From: Candidatus Bathyarchaeota archaeon
Lineage (GTDB): Archaea > Thermoproteota > Bathyarchaeia > Bathyarchaeales > Bathycorpusculaceae
Assembly: GCA_963717465.1 (NCBI GenBank)
Contig: OY970340.1
Coordinates: 2,976,001 to 3,040,000, forward strand
DNA: 64,000 nt
Direction: 5' to 3'
Position 1 is the first letter of the stretch, and each line of letters opens with the position of its first letter. Shown here piece by piece: positions 11,303 through 21,352 of the stretch. The notes under the pieces are model-generated. The model searched no databases. It had not been told where the DNA came from and was given only the letters and a program-made list of their open reading frames with translations. Both the position numbers and the translations under genes were made by a program.

Positions 11303-12295
11303 ATGAAAAACATACAATACACGACATCGCCCGGTGTTCCCCATGCCAGTATGGATGAGGAGTTCCTTACTCATCGAAAAGGTTCGGAATGGTGGTATAA
11401 CACTGGTTACTTGAATGACGAATCAGGCCGAATGTTCGGTTTCCAGTTTACACTTGCCAAGGTAAAGATTTTTGGCATCAAATTCCACATCTTATTGACT
11501 TCTCTCACTGACTATGAAACAGGCAAACACTATTACGAACAAAAAACTGCCTTTTTCGGAAATGGCATAACTGCAACGGCTGAAAGAGTGGCATTTGGCG
11601 ACAGAGCAGAACTGACATTCAGCAAGAATGAGGTGGCCAGCAAGGGTCAAATGGAACTTCGCATGACAGGCAAAAACTATTCGCTGGACGTGCATATGAA
11701 CGCCATCAAACCGCCAGTGTGGCACTGCGAAGACGGCATACTAAAAATGGGCCTCATCAATGACCCAAAGCAAACGACCTATTATTACTCCTATACAAAT
11801 TTAGCTTCAACGGGAAAGCTCACTCTGGAGGGTAAAGAGTTTAATTTGACAGGCAAATCTTGGTTTGATAAGCAGGGTGGAACGTATACGCTTACCAATC
11901 GCTATGTCAATTGGGAGTGGTTTTCCATGCGTTTCTTTGACAACGAAGAAATCATGCTCTTCAGCTTCCCACAGGATAACTATTACGACGGAACCTTCAT
12001 AGATAAATCTGGAAAATACCAACGATTGAAAAACTACACCATAGAACCACTTGGCTTCACTGAGGCCGGCGGCTACAAGTTTTCCAAAGGCTGGAAATTA
12101 AAGATGATGGGCATAAAAGACGAGGAATACACTCTTACCCCCAAAATTGACGGACAATTCAATTTGTTCTTCTTCGAATTACTCGCAGAAATAAAAAACA
12201 AAAACGGTCAACTCGTCGGCTATTCAGTTACAGAATTAATGCCAGGCGTGTACAACAAAAAGCTCAAGGCTTCTAACGCGTTCAAGAAAGTTTAA
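11303..12295 (+). CDS. Lipocalin-like / AttH / CrtC-like domain protein
   Basis: EWWYNTGYL, YYYSYTNL, GKSWFDKQGG and WEWFS motifs; ATG at 11303 after GGGAG. Confidence 0.85.
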   Translation: MKNIQYTTSPGVPHASMDEEFLTHRKGSEWWYNTGYLNDESGRMFGFQFTLAKVKIFGIKFHILLTSLTDYETGKHYYEQKTAFFGNGITATAERVAFGDRAELTFSKNEVASKGQMELRMTGKNYSLDVHMNAIKPPVWHCEDGILKMGLINDPKQTTYYYSYTNLASTGKLTLEGKEFNLTGKSWFDKQGGTYTLTNRYVNWEWFSMRFFDNEEIMLFSFPQDNYYDGTFIDKSGKYQRLKNYTIEPLGFTEAGGYKFSKGWKLKMMGIKDEEYTLTPKIDGQFNLFFFELLAEIKNKNGQLVGYSVTELMPGVYNKKLKASNAFKKV

Positions 12296-12336
12296 TTGTC
12301 AAAATGAATTAGAGAAATCTAATTTCCAGTGAAATG

Positions 12337-12363
12337 TTTCCTGCTGCACAATCTGGCAGGAAA
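12337..12363. terminator. Stem-loop between convergent genes (putative terminator)
   Basis: TTTCCTGC...GCAGGAAA inverted repeat followed by an A-run (U-run on the minus strand). Confidence 0.45.
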
Positions 12364-12418
12364 AAAGAGGTAAAGAGGGTATTTTGGAAGGTGAAAAAAG
12401 AGGAATTCTAAGCGTCCA

Positions 12419-12853
12419 TTATTTAATTCCAAACTTGATGATTTGTTTAGGCTCAAGATTGGTGTCCATCGTCCAGAAATACGCTTTTCCTTTGGCTACT
12501 CTAAAAATAATTAAAGCTGGGCTTTCAGCAGATAAACCCCCGAAGGTTGGCTCTTCAAGATACGGCCTTTCTTGCATTAATTTTTTCTTTGTGCTTGAAT
12601 CGTCTATAAATTCTGCCTCCCCATTTACTATCAACTGGGTTAAACTGTCAGAACTGATAAAGCCTAACGCGATTTTTGGGTTTTCTTTTAGCTGCATTAC
12701 AATGTGTTTCATTGTTGACGTTTGATAATAAAAGCCTGTAGAGTCAGCAAACCACAATCCTATAGCTCGTACTCTTGGCTGATTATTTTTGACAGTCGCT
12801 ATGTGAGTTATCGGGTTTTCCGTAGCGAATTTAATGCAGTCCTCGAATCTCAA
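12419..12853 (-). CDS. Pyridoxamine 5'-phosphate oxidase-like FMN-binding protein
   Basis: HIATVKNNQPRVR and QLKENPKIAL split-barrel pattern. Confidence 0.88.
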   Translation of the reverse strand: MRFEDCIKFATENPITHIATVKNNQPRVRAIGLWFADSTGFYYQTSTMKHIVMQLKENPKIALGFISSDSLTQLIVNGEAEFIDDSSTKKKLMQERPYLEEPTFGGLSAESPALIIFRVAKGKAYFWTMDTNLEPKQIIKFGIK

Positions 12854-13110
12854 GAATTTATCACCTTAATTCAAAGTTAAGCAAACCTGAATAAAAATAT
12901 TCAGTCCTACCACCTCAGAAGAATTAATTATTTGAAGAAAGCAAAAGAGACAAAGATTAAAATTTAATTCAACCAACTTAAACTGACAAAAAACAACTAC
13001 AATTTAAATAATTTCTTAACACCTTGATTTTTTTTGTGTCAGTTAGAATTTGATTCTAAAAGTTGGTGTTTAGTAGTGCATCGTGATTAAAACTAATTTA
13101 ATTTAAAGTG

Positions 13111-14025
13111 TTAAATTCTTCCAATGATCAGTCCTAAAAAGAAGCTTAAGAGTGGCGCAATAACCCAGGTCAGAATAATCAAAAGGAATGGCTTAAGTGA
13201 GACAAATTTTGATTTGTATGAGATGCCTATTGCAAAAACTGATGATGATGCGGCTTGAGTGTTTGAAAGTGGAATTTTCAAGAGAGTAGCTGCCTCAACG
13301 AGAATAGTTGAAGTTAATAGGGTCGCAGTTGCGTTTGGGTATCGCATGAGGTAAAATTCTTGTGATACTCTGCGAATCTCGCCTGCACTCAAATAGAATG
13401 CTCCTAAGAAGACTGCAACAATCGACAAAGCAATTGTAGTTAAGCTGTAACCGCCTATTGAGACTATTAATCCGAGGGTGTTAGCTCCCAGCACGTATGA
13501 TGTGGAAAAAGCTAAGGCAATAAGTATAATTTTGTAAATCTGCAACCTCCTCCAAATGTTCTTAGGGCGACTTCGATTGATAATTCGGATTAAATAAAAA
13601 GAAAATACCATGGCTATTACTGGAGCTACAATCCACATTGCAACAACTTCAGTTAAGTAGCTGGCGCTTAGAAGAACGCCTCCCGCCACAGATAAGCCTG
13701 CCAGTACGCCTACAAGTGACATGCTGATTGACATGGGTGCCCTAATCAAATAAGCAATAACGAAAATTAGTATAGAAACTATCAAAGCTTCTGCCCTAAA
13801 CTGCAGTGACCCAGTTGGCAAAAGCAAATTGACTGTACTTGTCATTCCGGCTCCTTGAGCGATAAGTCCCACTGAAAAGCCGATGCCACCAAGAAGCATA
13901 CCAAACCTTTTAGTTATTATTCTTGAGCCAATTGCAGGTCCAACGCACGCGGAGAAATTATTTCCAGCGACCAACATCACTGCGATGAACGTTAACGCAA
14001 GTAGAGCTATTGGGAGCCAAAGCAT
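13111..14025 (-). CDS. Inorganic phosphate transporter, PiT family
   Basis: AGNNFSACVG and GANTLG PiT signature-like motifs; hydrophobic; paired with DUF47. Start taken at MLWLP (14025). Confidence 0.85.
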   Translation of the reverse strand: MLWLPIALLALTFIAVMLVAGNNFSACVGPAIGSRIITKRFGMLLGGIGFSVGLIAQGAGMTSTVNLLLPTGSLQFRAEALIVSILIFVIAYLIRAPMSISMSLVGVLAGLSVAGGVLLSASYLTEVVAMWIVAPVIAMVFSFYLIRIINRSRPKNIWRRLQIYKIILIALAFSTSYVLGANTLGLIVSIGGYSLTTIALSIVAVFLGAFYLSAGEIRRVSQEFYLMRYPNATATLLTSTILVEAATLLKIPLSNTQAASSSVFAIGISYKSKFVSLKPFLLIILTWVIAPLLSFFLGLIIGRI

Positions 14026-14032
14026 TAATCGG

Positions 14033-14704
14033 TCACTTAAGTATGGAAGTAACGGTTGAAACAAGCAAGTCTGAAAGGTCTTCGCATAAGTCAAGCACAT
14101 CATCGCATTTATGAAGAAGTTCCTGAAAATGATAAAATTCCAAGTAATGAATTTTAACTGTGAGACCGTACAGCTTGTCAAAACCCTGATCCTTTACATC
14201 ATCACCCTGCTCTTCCAAGGACTCAATTTCTTTACGCAACTCCACAATCCGATTGATATCGGATGATGATAGAGCTTCTTTGAGCTTAGAAAGCGACTTA
14301 TCCGCAAGGGCAAGCATATTTTCATATACAGAGTCCCAATCAGCATGCCGCAATTCAAGCCCTGAGGAGTAGGCAGACGCCATTCTATTAAGCTCTCGGG
14401 CAATATAGTAGAATGTATCCACGATATCGTCGGCTGTTTGAACGGACTCCAGCAAAGTATCTATTACATTTGGGCTAATCGCGCCGCTTGTTATATCCTC
14501 GCTTACCTTGAAGGCTATCACATCTGATTTCCTTTCAAGCGTCTGAACAGCATGCAAAGCTGGCGTTAAATCCTTCCGGTTGTAATTCATTTTGAACATT
14601 TCTGCCACAAGCTTGTTGGTTTGGGCAGCAATGTCAACTATTTGTGAAAGCTCTCCGAAAATATTTTTTTCTCCAATAACTAAGATTCCCTTAAAGTTTT
14701 TCAA
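14033..14704 (-). CDS. DUF47 / PhoU-like PiT accessory protein
   Basis: LERKSDVI...DDIVD and LEEQGDDVKD...DDVLD repeats; upstream of PiT. Confidence 0.88.
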   Translation of the reverse strand: MKNFKGILVIGEKNIFGELSQIVDIAAQTNKLVAEMFKMNYNRKDLTPALHAVQTLERKSDVIAFKVSEDITSGAISPNVIDTLLESVQTADDIVDTFYYIARELNRMASAYSSGLELRHADWDSVYENMLALADKSLSKLKEALSSSDINRIVELRKEIESLEEQGDDVKDQGFDKLYGLTVKIHYLEFYHFQELLHKCDDVLDLCEDLSDLLVSTVTSILK

Positions 14705-14833
14705 TCAGCACAATCCCTATGTAACCATGGGTTACCTGCTCATACAACCAAGTATTTAGAATTTTCTGCAAGTTATTGAGCTACATTTTGTTCTGCCATT
14801 TAAGCAAAGAATTTGGAAACTAAGTGCAGTTAA

Positions 14834-16339
14834 TTAGTTGGGAGTTAAGCTGTTTTTTTCATTTTTTGAATTGTTTCCGTTTTTGAATATCTTGTTGTTT
14901 ATTGCTAAACTTAAGATGATACAAACTATTGCTAAACTTATGCCTATAGCGAAGACAATGTTGAATGCTGCGACAGAAGGTACAAGAACCGAAACACTGT
15001 AACCTTTTATCGTCTCCGTCGCCAGTACTGTATAAGATGCTAAGACTGTTGTTGTAAGCACTGGCCCTATGGCGCCTCCAATTTGCTTTAGCATTTGGTT
15101 TAATCCTTGTCCAACAGCCACTGATTCTTTTGGAGTAGAGACAGATATCATATTAACGACTGGCACAAACAGAGCAATAACTCCTGCAAATGCAACCATA
15201 ACATCAAGGGTTACAGAAATTCCAGTCCCTCTGTTAACAATAAGCAATAAAAAGCTGAGAATGGAAACAGCTGCACCAGTGATAATTATTGGTTTTGGCC
15301 CAGTTTTTGCTAATATACGCCCTGCTAGCGGTCCCGAGATAAACATGACGATTGTGCCAGGCACCAGCGTTAAGCCTGTTGCGATAATGTCAAAGCCCAA
15401 CCCGTACGGCGTGAATAGCTCCAAGTATTCAATTATCGAAAAGAACAGCAAGAAATTAGATAACCCAGCTATAATTGCTACTACGTTAGCAATCAACACA
15501 TTCCTTACTTTTAGCAGATTTATTGGGATTAACGGTTCTTCTGTCTTGCTTTCAAAGTAGAAAAACGAAACTGTAAGTGCAAGCCCCGCAATTAGAAACA
15601 CAAGTTCTTCAAGCGAAAGCCACCCTAAAGCTGACCCTTCAGTAGTGTACACCAGTATGAGCGCTATCCCCATCGATAAAAGAAAGGCGCCGATATAGTC
15701 TACCTTACATTTTATCCTTGAAACGTCTCGTTTTAAAACCGCAAAAATGGCGATAAGAAGAACCACGCTTAAGATGGCTGCCGTGTGAAAAGCATATTGC
15801 CAACTAAGATTCTGAATAACATATGCTCCGACCACTAGTCCAAGCGCGGTGCTAATAGCCGCTGAACCTGCGATGGCTCCTTGCGCAGTGGCTAACCTTT
15901 CTTTCGGAAAAATGTCAGTAAGGAAAGCGAGTGACAGAGGTATCACGGCTAATCCGACGCCTTGAATAGCTCTGGCAACAAGCAAGAAGTAGATGGATGT
16001 TGAGAAACCTGCGATGCTGACGCCGATGGTGTAGAAGAGCCAGGTTGCAATAATGATTTTTCTTTTACCATATAGATCTCCAAGTTTGCCAAATATTGGT
16101 GAGACCACAGCGCCAACAAGCAGAACAATAGCGGTAATCCAGGATCCGATTGTACTTGTGGTTGAAAGATCATTTTCTATTATAGGGATGCCTGGAAGAA
16201 CCATAGTTTCTACATAACTAACAAGAAGAACTGCTGCAGTTAAGGCTATTAGCGCTCGAACAGGATAATGATCAACTTTTCGAGCTTCTAAATGATTGGT
16301 TGTTTTTGAGTCGGATGCTAAAGGTTTTGCCGCGCTCAC
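14834..16339 (-). CDS. MFS transporter (DHA2-like, 14 TM)
   Basis: GKLGDLYGKRK motif A, ARAIQGVG, many TM helices. Confidence 0.93.
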   Translation of the reverse strand: MSAAKPLASDSKTTNHLEARKVDHYPVRALIALTAAVLLVSYVETMVLPGIPIIENDLSTTSTIGSWITAIVLLVGAVVSPIFGKLGDLYGKRKIIIATWLFYTIGVSIAGFSTSIYFLLVARAIQGVGLAVIPLSLAFLTDIFPKERLATAQGAIAGSAAISTALGLVVGAYVIQNLSWQYAFHTAAILSVVLLIAIFAVLKRDVSRIKCKVDYIGAFLLSMGIALILVYTTEGSALGWLSLEELVFLIAGLALTVSFFYFESKTEEPLIPINLLKVRNVLIANVVAIIAGLSNFLLFFSIIEYLELFTPYGLGFDIIATGLTLVPGTIVMFISGPLAGRILAKTGPKPIIITGAAVSILSFLLLIVNRGTGISVTLDVMVAFAGVIALFVPVVNMISVSTPKESVAVGQGLNQMLKQIGGAIGPVLTTTVLASYTVLATETIKGYSVSVLVPSVAAFNIVFAIGISLAIVCIILSLAINNKIFKNGNNSKNEKNSLTPN

Positions 16340-16348
16340 TTTTTACGC

Positions 16349-16381
16349 CTAACTTACTAACTAATGGTTAGTTTACTAACT
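16349..16381. promoter_or_regulatory. Putative TetR operator between divergent MFS and TetR genes
   Basis: Inverted repeat ACTAAC-TAATG-GTTAGT (16356-16372) plus repeated CTAACT units. Confidence 0.55.
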
Positions 16382-16453
16382 ATAATATAAGTTATAAATC
16401 TTATGGTATAATATATCTTAAATACCAAAGTTCACATATTATTTACGATCAAA

Positions 16454-17089
16454 ATGCCAAGAGTAATTCCTGAATACAAAGAAGCGGCTAAAGACCGAAT
16501 TATCAACGCAGCGATCAGAGTTTTCTCTAAAAAAGGATACCAAGACACTAGCATGGACGAAATAGCCAAAGAAGTAGGAGTAACAAAAGCGACTCTTTAC
16601 TTATATTTCGAGAGCAAAAAAGACCTACTAAAGATAATTTCTAAGTTAGCAAGTCAAACTCTTAGAGAAAATCTTCACAAATCATTCAAAAACCATGATT
16701 ACATGGAGGCATTTGAAGAAATCTTCAAGATGAAGAAGGATATGCTAACAAGGATTCTCCATACAAGTTTTGAAATGATTGCGCTTTCATCAAACGATGA
16801 AAGTATCCGAAAGATCATAAGCGACGAGCGCAAAAAGGACTTAGAAGAATTAGAGGCACACATAAAAAACCAGATGAATAAAGGAATAATTAGAAACGAT
16901 GTGGATGCTTACGTGCTGGCCAATCTAGTTTTAGCTCTCTACTGGGAAATGACGACTCAATTAGTCGCGGGGTTTGACCAAACAAAAGTCCATGAAACAT
17001 GGGACAAGTCACTTGCAGTTATACTAGGAAAACATAAAGTTGATCCTGCCTACGATCACAAGCCAGCAAAAAAAATCGATTTAAAATAA
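16454..17089 (+). CDS. TetR/AcrR family transcriptional regulator
   Basis: N-terminal HTH FSKKGYQDTSMDEIAKEVGVTKATLYLYFESK. Confidence 0.95.
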   Translation: MPRVIPEYKEAAKDRIINAAIRVFSKKGYQDTSMDEIAKEVGVTKATLYLYFESKKDLLKIISKLASQTLRENLHKSFKNHDYMEAFEEIFKMKKDMLTRILHTSFEMIALSSNDESIRKIISDERKKDLEELEAHIKNQMNKGIIRNDVDAYVLANLVLALYWEMTTQLVAGFDQTKVHETWDKSLAVILGKHKVDPAYDHKPAKKIDLK

Positions 17090-17279
17090 ATGACCTAGCA
17101 AGCAGAGACACTTTCTTTATAGTACTTCCCATAATTTCAGAAAAAGGCACTGCGTAAACTGCTGAGGATCCGAACAGAGAAGATAGATTGCAAAATTTCT
17201 GATGACCACCTTGTCTACTTTTGAATTAAGTTTTTAAGTTGCGACACCTTTTTATGCAAATCTGGAAAGTGTTTTTGTT

Positions 17280-17774
17280 ATGTCTTTTCTTGACTTGATT
17301 CTTAGCCGCAGAAGCATAAGGAAATATGAACCAAAAGACGTGCCTGATGATGTTTTGAAGCGGATTCTGGAAGCTGGCAGACAAGCGCCCTCCGCAGCTA
17401 ATAGGCAACCCATTCATTTTGTTGTAGTCAGGGACACCGAAAAAAAGAAGAAACTGTCGGCTTTGCTTAGCCGTTTTATTAAAGACGCACCAATTGTCAT
17501 TGTTGGATGCGCAGATGAAAAATCTACTTTAACTGGAAAATGGGCCGTTGTCGATACAGCAATTGCAATGGAGAACATGGTTATAGCTGCTTGGACTCTG
17601 GGTGTAGGTTCATGCTGGGTAGGATCGTTCGATGAAGACAGCGCTAAAAAATTCTTGAACATTCCTGATAAATGGAAAGTTGTAGCCTTAGTAACCTTTG
17701 GCTATCCGGCTGAGCAACCAAAACCGAGAAACAAAAAATCATTTGAAGAACTGTTCAGCTTCGAAAAGTTCTAA
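17280..17774 (+). CDS. Nitroreductase family protein
   Basis: RRSIRKY, APSAANRQP and LGVGSCWVG motifs. Confidence 0.95.
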   Translation: MSFLDLILSRRSIRKYEPKDVPDDVLKRILEAGRQAPSAANRQPIHFVVVRDTEKKKKLSALLSRFIKDAPIVIVGCADEKSTLTGKWAVVDTAIAMENMVIAAWTLGVGSCWVGSFDEDSAKKFLNIPDKWKVVALVTFGYPAEQPKPRNKKSFEELFSFEKF

Positions 17775-17946
17775 GCTTTAACTGCAAAAGTATTTTTTAG
17801 ATTTATTCTTTTGCAGGATTAATTTGTTAAATAAAAGAAAACAATAAAGAATTCAAGATTAGAAAATTCTTAAATTTCACTTTTTTGTTAATTAACATAG
17901 TGAGAGTTTGCTTCAAATCCATTTTAAAGATAAGTGAGGCTTAAAA

Positions 17947-18663
17947 TTGAGTGAAATTTTAAAAATAATTCAAGAAAGGCAATCTTCACGAGTTCCTTTT
18001 GACGCCGAAAAAACTATAACAAAAGAAATTCTAAAACAGATTTTGGAAGCTGCAAAATGGGCACCCACAGCCCACAATATGCAAAACTTCAATGTGATAG
18101 TTGTAGACGACAAAAAAGTCCTTGAAAAAATAGGAAACATCAAATCCAAAATATCAGAAGATTTTCTAAGCGAGAATTATGAGCAACTGTCTTTTTCAAA
18201 AGAAGAGTTGATGAAGAAAAAAACCGGGATTTTAGGAACCATGTTTCCTCCCGGATGGACTGACCCAAAAAAATTCTCTGAAATAGCCAAAAAGACAGAA
18301 GCCAGACCATTGAATCAATCTATTGATGGCAGTCCTACACTACTAATACTCACTTATGATTCTATGAAGAGAGCTCCTGCATCAGAAGGCGATGTTTTAG
18401 GATTCATAAGTTTAGGGTGCGTGATGGAGAACATGTGGATCATGGCACAATCACTTGGCGTAAGCTTGCAGATTCTAAGTGTCTTCTCATCGTCGCCTGT
18501 AGAAACAGAGCTAAAGAAGCTTTTAGGCATCCCAACGAATTTCAAAATCGCTTACGCTTGCCGCTTAGGATACCCAACAGAAGACAGCAAATACTTCAGA
18601 GTACGCCGAGACATCGAAGACTTTGCATATCAGAACAAATTCGGAAAAAAAATCTCACTTTAG
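17947..18663 (+). CDS. Nitroreductase family protein
   Basis: RQSSRVPF, APTAHNMQ, MENMWIMAQSLG and RLGYP motifs. Confidence 0.92.
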   Translation: MSEILKIIQERQSSRVPFDAEKTITKEILKQILEAAKWAPTAHNMQNFNVIVVDDKKVLEKIGNIKSKISEDFLSENYEQLSFSKEELMKKKTGILGTMFPPGWTDPKKFSEIAKKTEARPLNQSIDGSPTLLILTYDSMKRAPASEGDVLGFISLGCVMENMWIMAQSLGVSLQILSVFSSSPVETELKKLLGIPTNFKIAYACRLGYPTEDSKYFRVRRDIEDFAYQNKFGKKISL

Positions 18664-18824
18664 CTTAAGCTAACATTTGAAAAAGATTTCAGCTTATAGC
18701 GTTAAGCCAAACTTGCATTTTAGAACAAATTTAAGTAACTTGCAGATAAAAATATAAAAAAAATTTCTCAAAGTCCACCAACAACAATAATAAGCGGGGA
18801 AACATTCTTCAAACAAGATTTACT

Positions 18825-18971
18825 ATGGTGTTTAGAGACCCAGTTTGTGGAACTGTTCTAGATGAGAACACGGCTAAATTTAAAATCTCATACGAAGGAG
18901 AAACATACTATTTCTGCAGCCTAGTTTGCAAAAAACGATTCAAGAGACACCAGACAAAATTCATAAAATAA
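18825..18971 (+). CDS. YHS/TRASH domain small metal-binding protein (48 aa)
   Basis: Manual translation MVFRDPVCGTVLDENTAKFKISYEGETYYFCSLVCKKRFKRHQTKFIK with the DPVCG...YYFCS..C signature. Confidence 0.88.
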   Translation: MVFRDPVCGTVLDENTAKFKISYEGETYYFCSLVCKKRFKRHQTKFIK

Positions 18972-19002
18972 ATTTAAAAAATAAAAATGGGTTTTTTGCT
19001 AG

Positions 19003-19572
19003 TTACCTTAGAGCACTCCACACTGCGGCAACTAATAAACCGCCGATTATTGGAGCTACCAAAATAGCCAAAGTTGCTTTATGAATATGAAAGACATTAC
19101 CACTTCAGCTACAAAACATGATGCTAAAGTAAAGCCTGCAGGAGACGCTGTACCATAACCGTTTTGGGCAAGACCATAAGCAGCTAAGGAGTATGAGGTA
19201 TTACCAATTGCAATCCATAAAGCAAAGCTGAAGGAAAAATTGCACCAATGCATTGAAATATAATGTAGAAAACGGTATCTTTTACGCTTAGTTTACTGCA
19301 GCTAACATTGATATCGAAATAGCAGGGTTTATGTGACATCCAGAAATGCTGCCAATTGCATAAACCATGACAAGAACCACAAGACCGAAAGCAAAAGAAA
19401 CACCAAGCCAACCAATACTCAGACCTAATACAGTTCCCCCAATTACTACACTAATTACTGTACTTCCGCAGCCCATGAGGACTAGCACGAATGTTCCAAT
19501 AAGTTCTGCGAGATATTTTTTCAAGTCAGTATTAAGCAATGGCTGTTCAACACTTTTTACGATTTCACTCAT
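19003..19572 (-). pseudogene. aqpZ: Aquaporin Z (MIP family) pseudogene
   Basis: [11 protein letters not shown] and SGCHINPA in one frame, then continuation in other frames ([41 protein letters not shown]); the second NPA region is missing. Confidence 0.88.
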
Positions 19573-19878
19573 TTTAATTCCACTTTAATTTTTGCCCTTT
19601 TTTTCAAGTTAGCGCTTATAATATTTTCCAACAAGTTATACCTAATCTGCTCCAGCCTCCAACGCAATAATGAAAAGACGGCGCTAACTCTTTTATTGAT
19701 TCAGATAGTTAGGAAGCGTGAAACATTTTTGGCATTGACAAAAGAATTTCAAACACAAGCAAATTGACTCCACATTTATTGAAAATTTTGAAAAAAACTC
19801 TGCATAATTTTAAATATGAGCAGATGAGCTAAAACTAATTAGCAAGCTAGCGGTCGGCAATATGTATGGTGAGCATCC

Positions 19879-20076
19879 ATGGGCAATGAAGGGAAAGGTA
19901 CGATCTTTAGAAGAAAAGATGATAGGTATTTACTGTATTTGCCTGTTAAAGTTGTAGATGACAGCATGTTTCCGTTCAAGTGCAATAGTTCGATGCCTGT
20001 TAAATTAAAGTTTAATCCTAATGAAGGAAAACTTGTCGTCGAAAAATGGGATGAGACGAAGAAAAGCAATTCTTAA
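19879..20076 (+). CDS. Small hypothetical protein, possibly AbrB-like swapped hairpin
   Basis: 65-aa ORF with GGTGAG RBS; pattern RYLLYLPVKV...FPF...VKLKF...KLVVEK. Confidence 0.65.
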   Translation: MGNEGKGTIFRRKDDRYLLYLPVKVVDDSMFPFKCNSSMPVKLKFNPNEGKLVVEKWDETKKSNS

Positions 20077-20199
20077 AACTTAAATTCTTTTACTAAATTC
20101 TGATTTCTTAAAAAAAGTTTAATTCGGTTTTTGCTATAGTTCGGCAACTTTTTATCTTGCATGTATCTAATAATTTTGAAGCAGTTGAGCGTGAATTTT

Positions 20200-20640
20200 A
20201 TGGTCGATTTTAAAATAAAAAGTTCGGTTTTTGAAAATAACAAGTTAATTCCTAAAAAATACACTTGCGATGGGGACGAAATTAACCCGCCGTTAAGTAT
20301 TGAAGGCACGCCTAAAGGTACAAAAACTCTTGTTTTGATAATGGATGATCCTGATGCGCCAGGTGGAACGTTTGACCATTGGATAGTCTGGAATATCCCC
20401 GCTTCAACCGTTACGGTAAATGAGAATTCTGCGCCTGGAACTGAAGGATTGAACAGTGGTGGAAGGCGCGGTTATTATGGTCCTTGTCCTCCTTCGGGTA
20501 CTCATAGGTATTTCTTTAAATTGTACGCTTTGGATTGCGAGTTAAAATCTGGTCCTAATTCAAGAAAGAAGGACGTTGAAAAAGCGTTCTCAGGGCATGT
20601 TCTCGCTGAGACTAAATTGGTAGGATTGTATCGCCGATAA
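20200..20640 (+). CDS. YbhB/YbcL family (PEBP/Raf kinase inhibitor-like) protein
   Basis: YTCDG, MDDPDAP, HWIVWNIP and GPCPPSGTHRY motifs; start MVDFK at 20200. Confidence 0.95.
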   Translation: MVDFKIKSSVFENNKLIPKKYTCDGDEINPPLSIEGTPKGTKTLVLIMDDPDAPGGTFDHWIVWNIPASTVTVNENSAPGTEGLNSGGRRGYYGPCPPSGTHRYFFKLYALDCELKSGPNSRKKDVEKAFSGHVLAETKLVGLYRR

Positions 20641-20664
20641 AAAATAGTGTGAAATTAAAATAAA

Positions 20665-21237
20665 TTAGTAGTTTTCTGTCCAAACTTCAAAGTAAGCTTT
20701 CGGATGAGAGCAAGTTGGACATTTCTCAGGCGCCGTTGCGCTTTCAATGACTAACCCGCAATTTCTGCATTTCCACTTTATTGGGGCATCTTTCTTGAAG
20801 ACAGTTCCGTTTGTCAGGCTTTCTACCAACTTGTTGTATCGTCTTTCGTGGTATGCTTCTACTTTAGCAATCATTCGAAATGTTCTCGCGACTTCTGGGA
20901 AACCTTCTTTTTCAGCGATATCACCAAAGTTGGGGTAGAGTTTTCCCCATTCAAGTAATTCTCCTGTGGCAGCAGCTTTCAAGTTATCAAGAGTTGAAGC
21001 AATTACTCCTGCCGGGTAAGAAGCGGTTATTTCCGCAACTCCACCTTTTAGGTGATTAAAGAAAAGTTGCGCATGTTCCTTCTCGTTTCCCGAGGTTTCC
21101 TCGAAAATTGCTGATGTCTGCTCGTAACCTTCCTTTTTAGCTACGCTTGCGAAGAAAGTATATCTGGTTCTTGCTTGAGATTCCCCAGCAAATGCGGCTA
21201 ACAGATTTTTTTCTGTTTGACTACCTTTTAAATCCAT
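20665..21237 (-). CDS. rbr: Rubrerythrin
   Basis: NLLAAFAGESQA, EKEHA, EAYHE and C-terminal WKCRNCG...CPTC rubredoxin domain. Confidence 0.96.
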   Translation of the reverse strand: MDLKGSQTEKNLLAAFAGESQARTRYTFFASVAKKEGYEQTSAIFEETSGNEKEHAQLFFNHLKGGVAEITASYPAGVIASTLDNLKAAATGELLEWGKLYPNFGDIAEKEGFPEVARTFRMIAKVEAYHERRYNKLVESLTNGTVFKKDAPIKWKCRNCGLVIESATAPEKCPTCSHPKAYFEVWTENY

Positions 21238-21352
21238 AACAAACAAGCTCCTATTAATAGTCTAGTAAGGTGAAATTAAAAAGGATTGCTTGCTTCTTAC
21301 AGCTGTTCGGAAGTATTTGATGCTCAGACCTTTTGGTTTTAACTCTTGAATT

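Noticed and set aside
10724..11322. ORFs 10724-10951 (+) and 11029-11322 (-)
   Set aside because: No recognisable motif or RBS, and the composition is not protein-like
14026..14181. N-terminal extension of the PiT ORF
   Set aside because: Overlaps the DUF47 gene; ATG at 14025 is the plausible start
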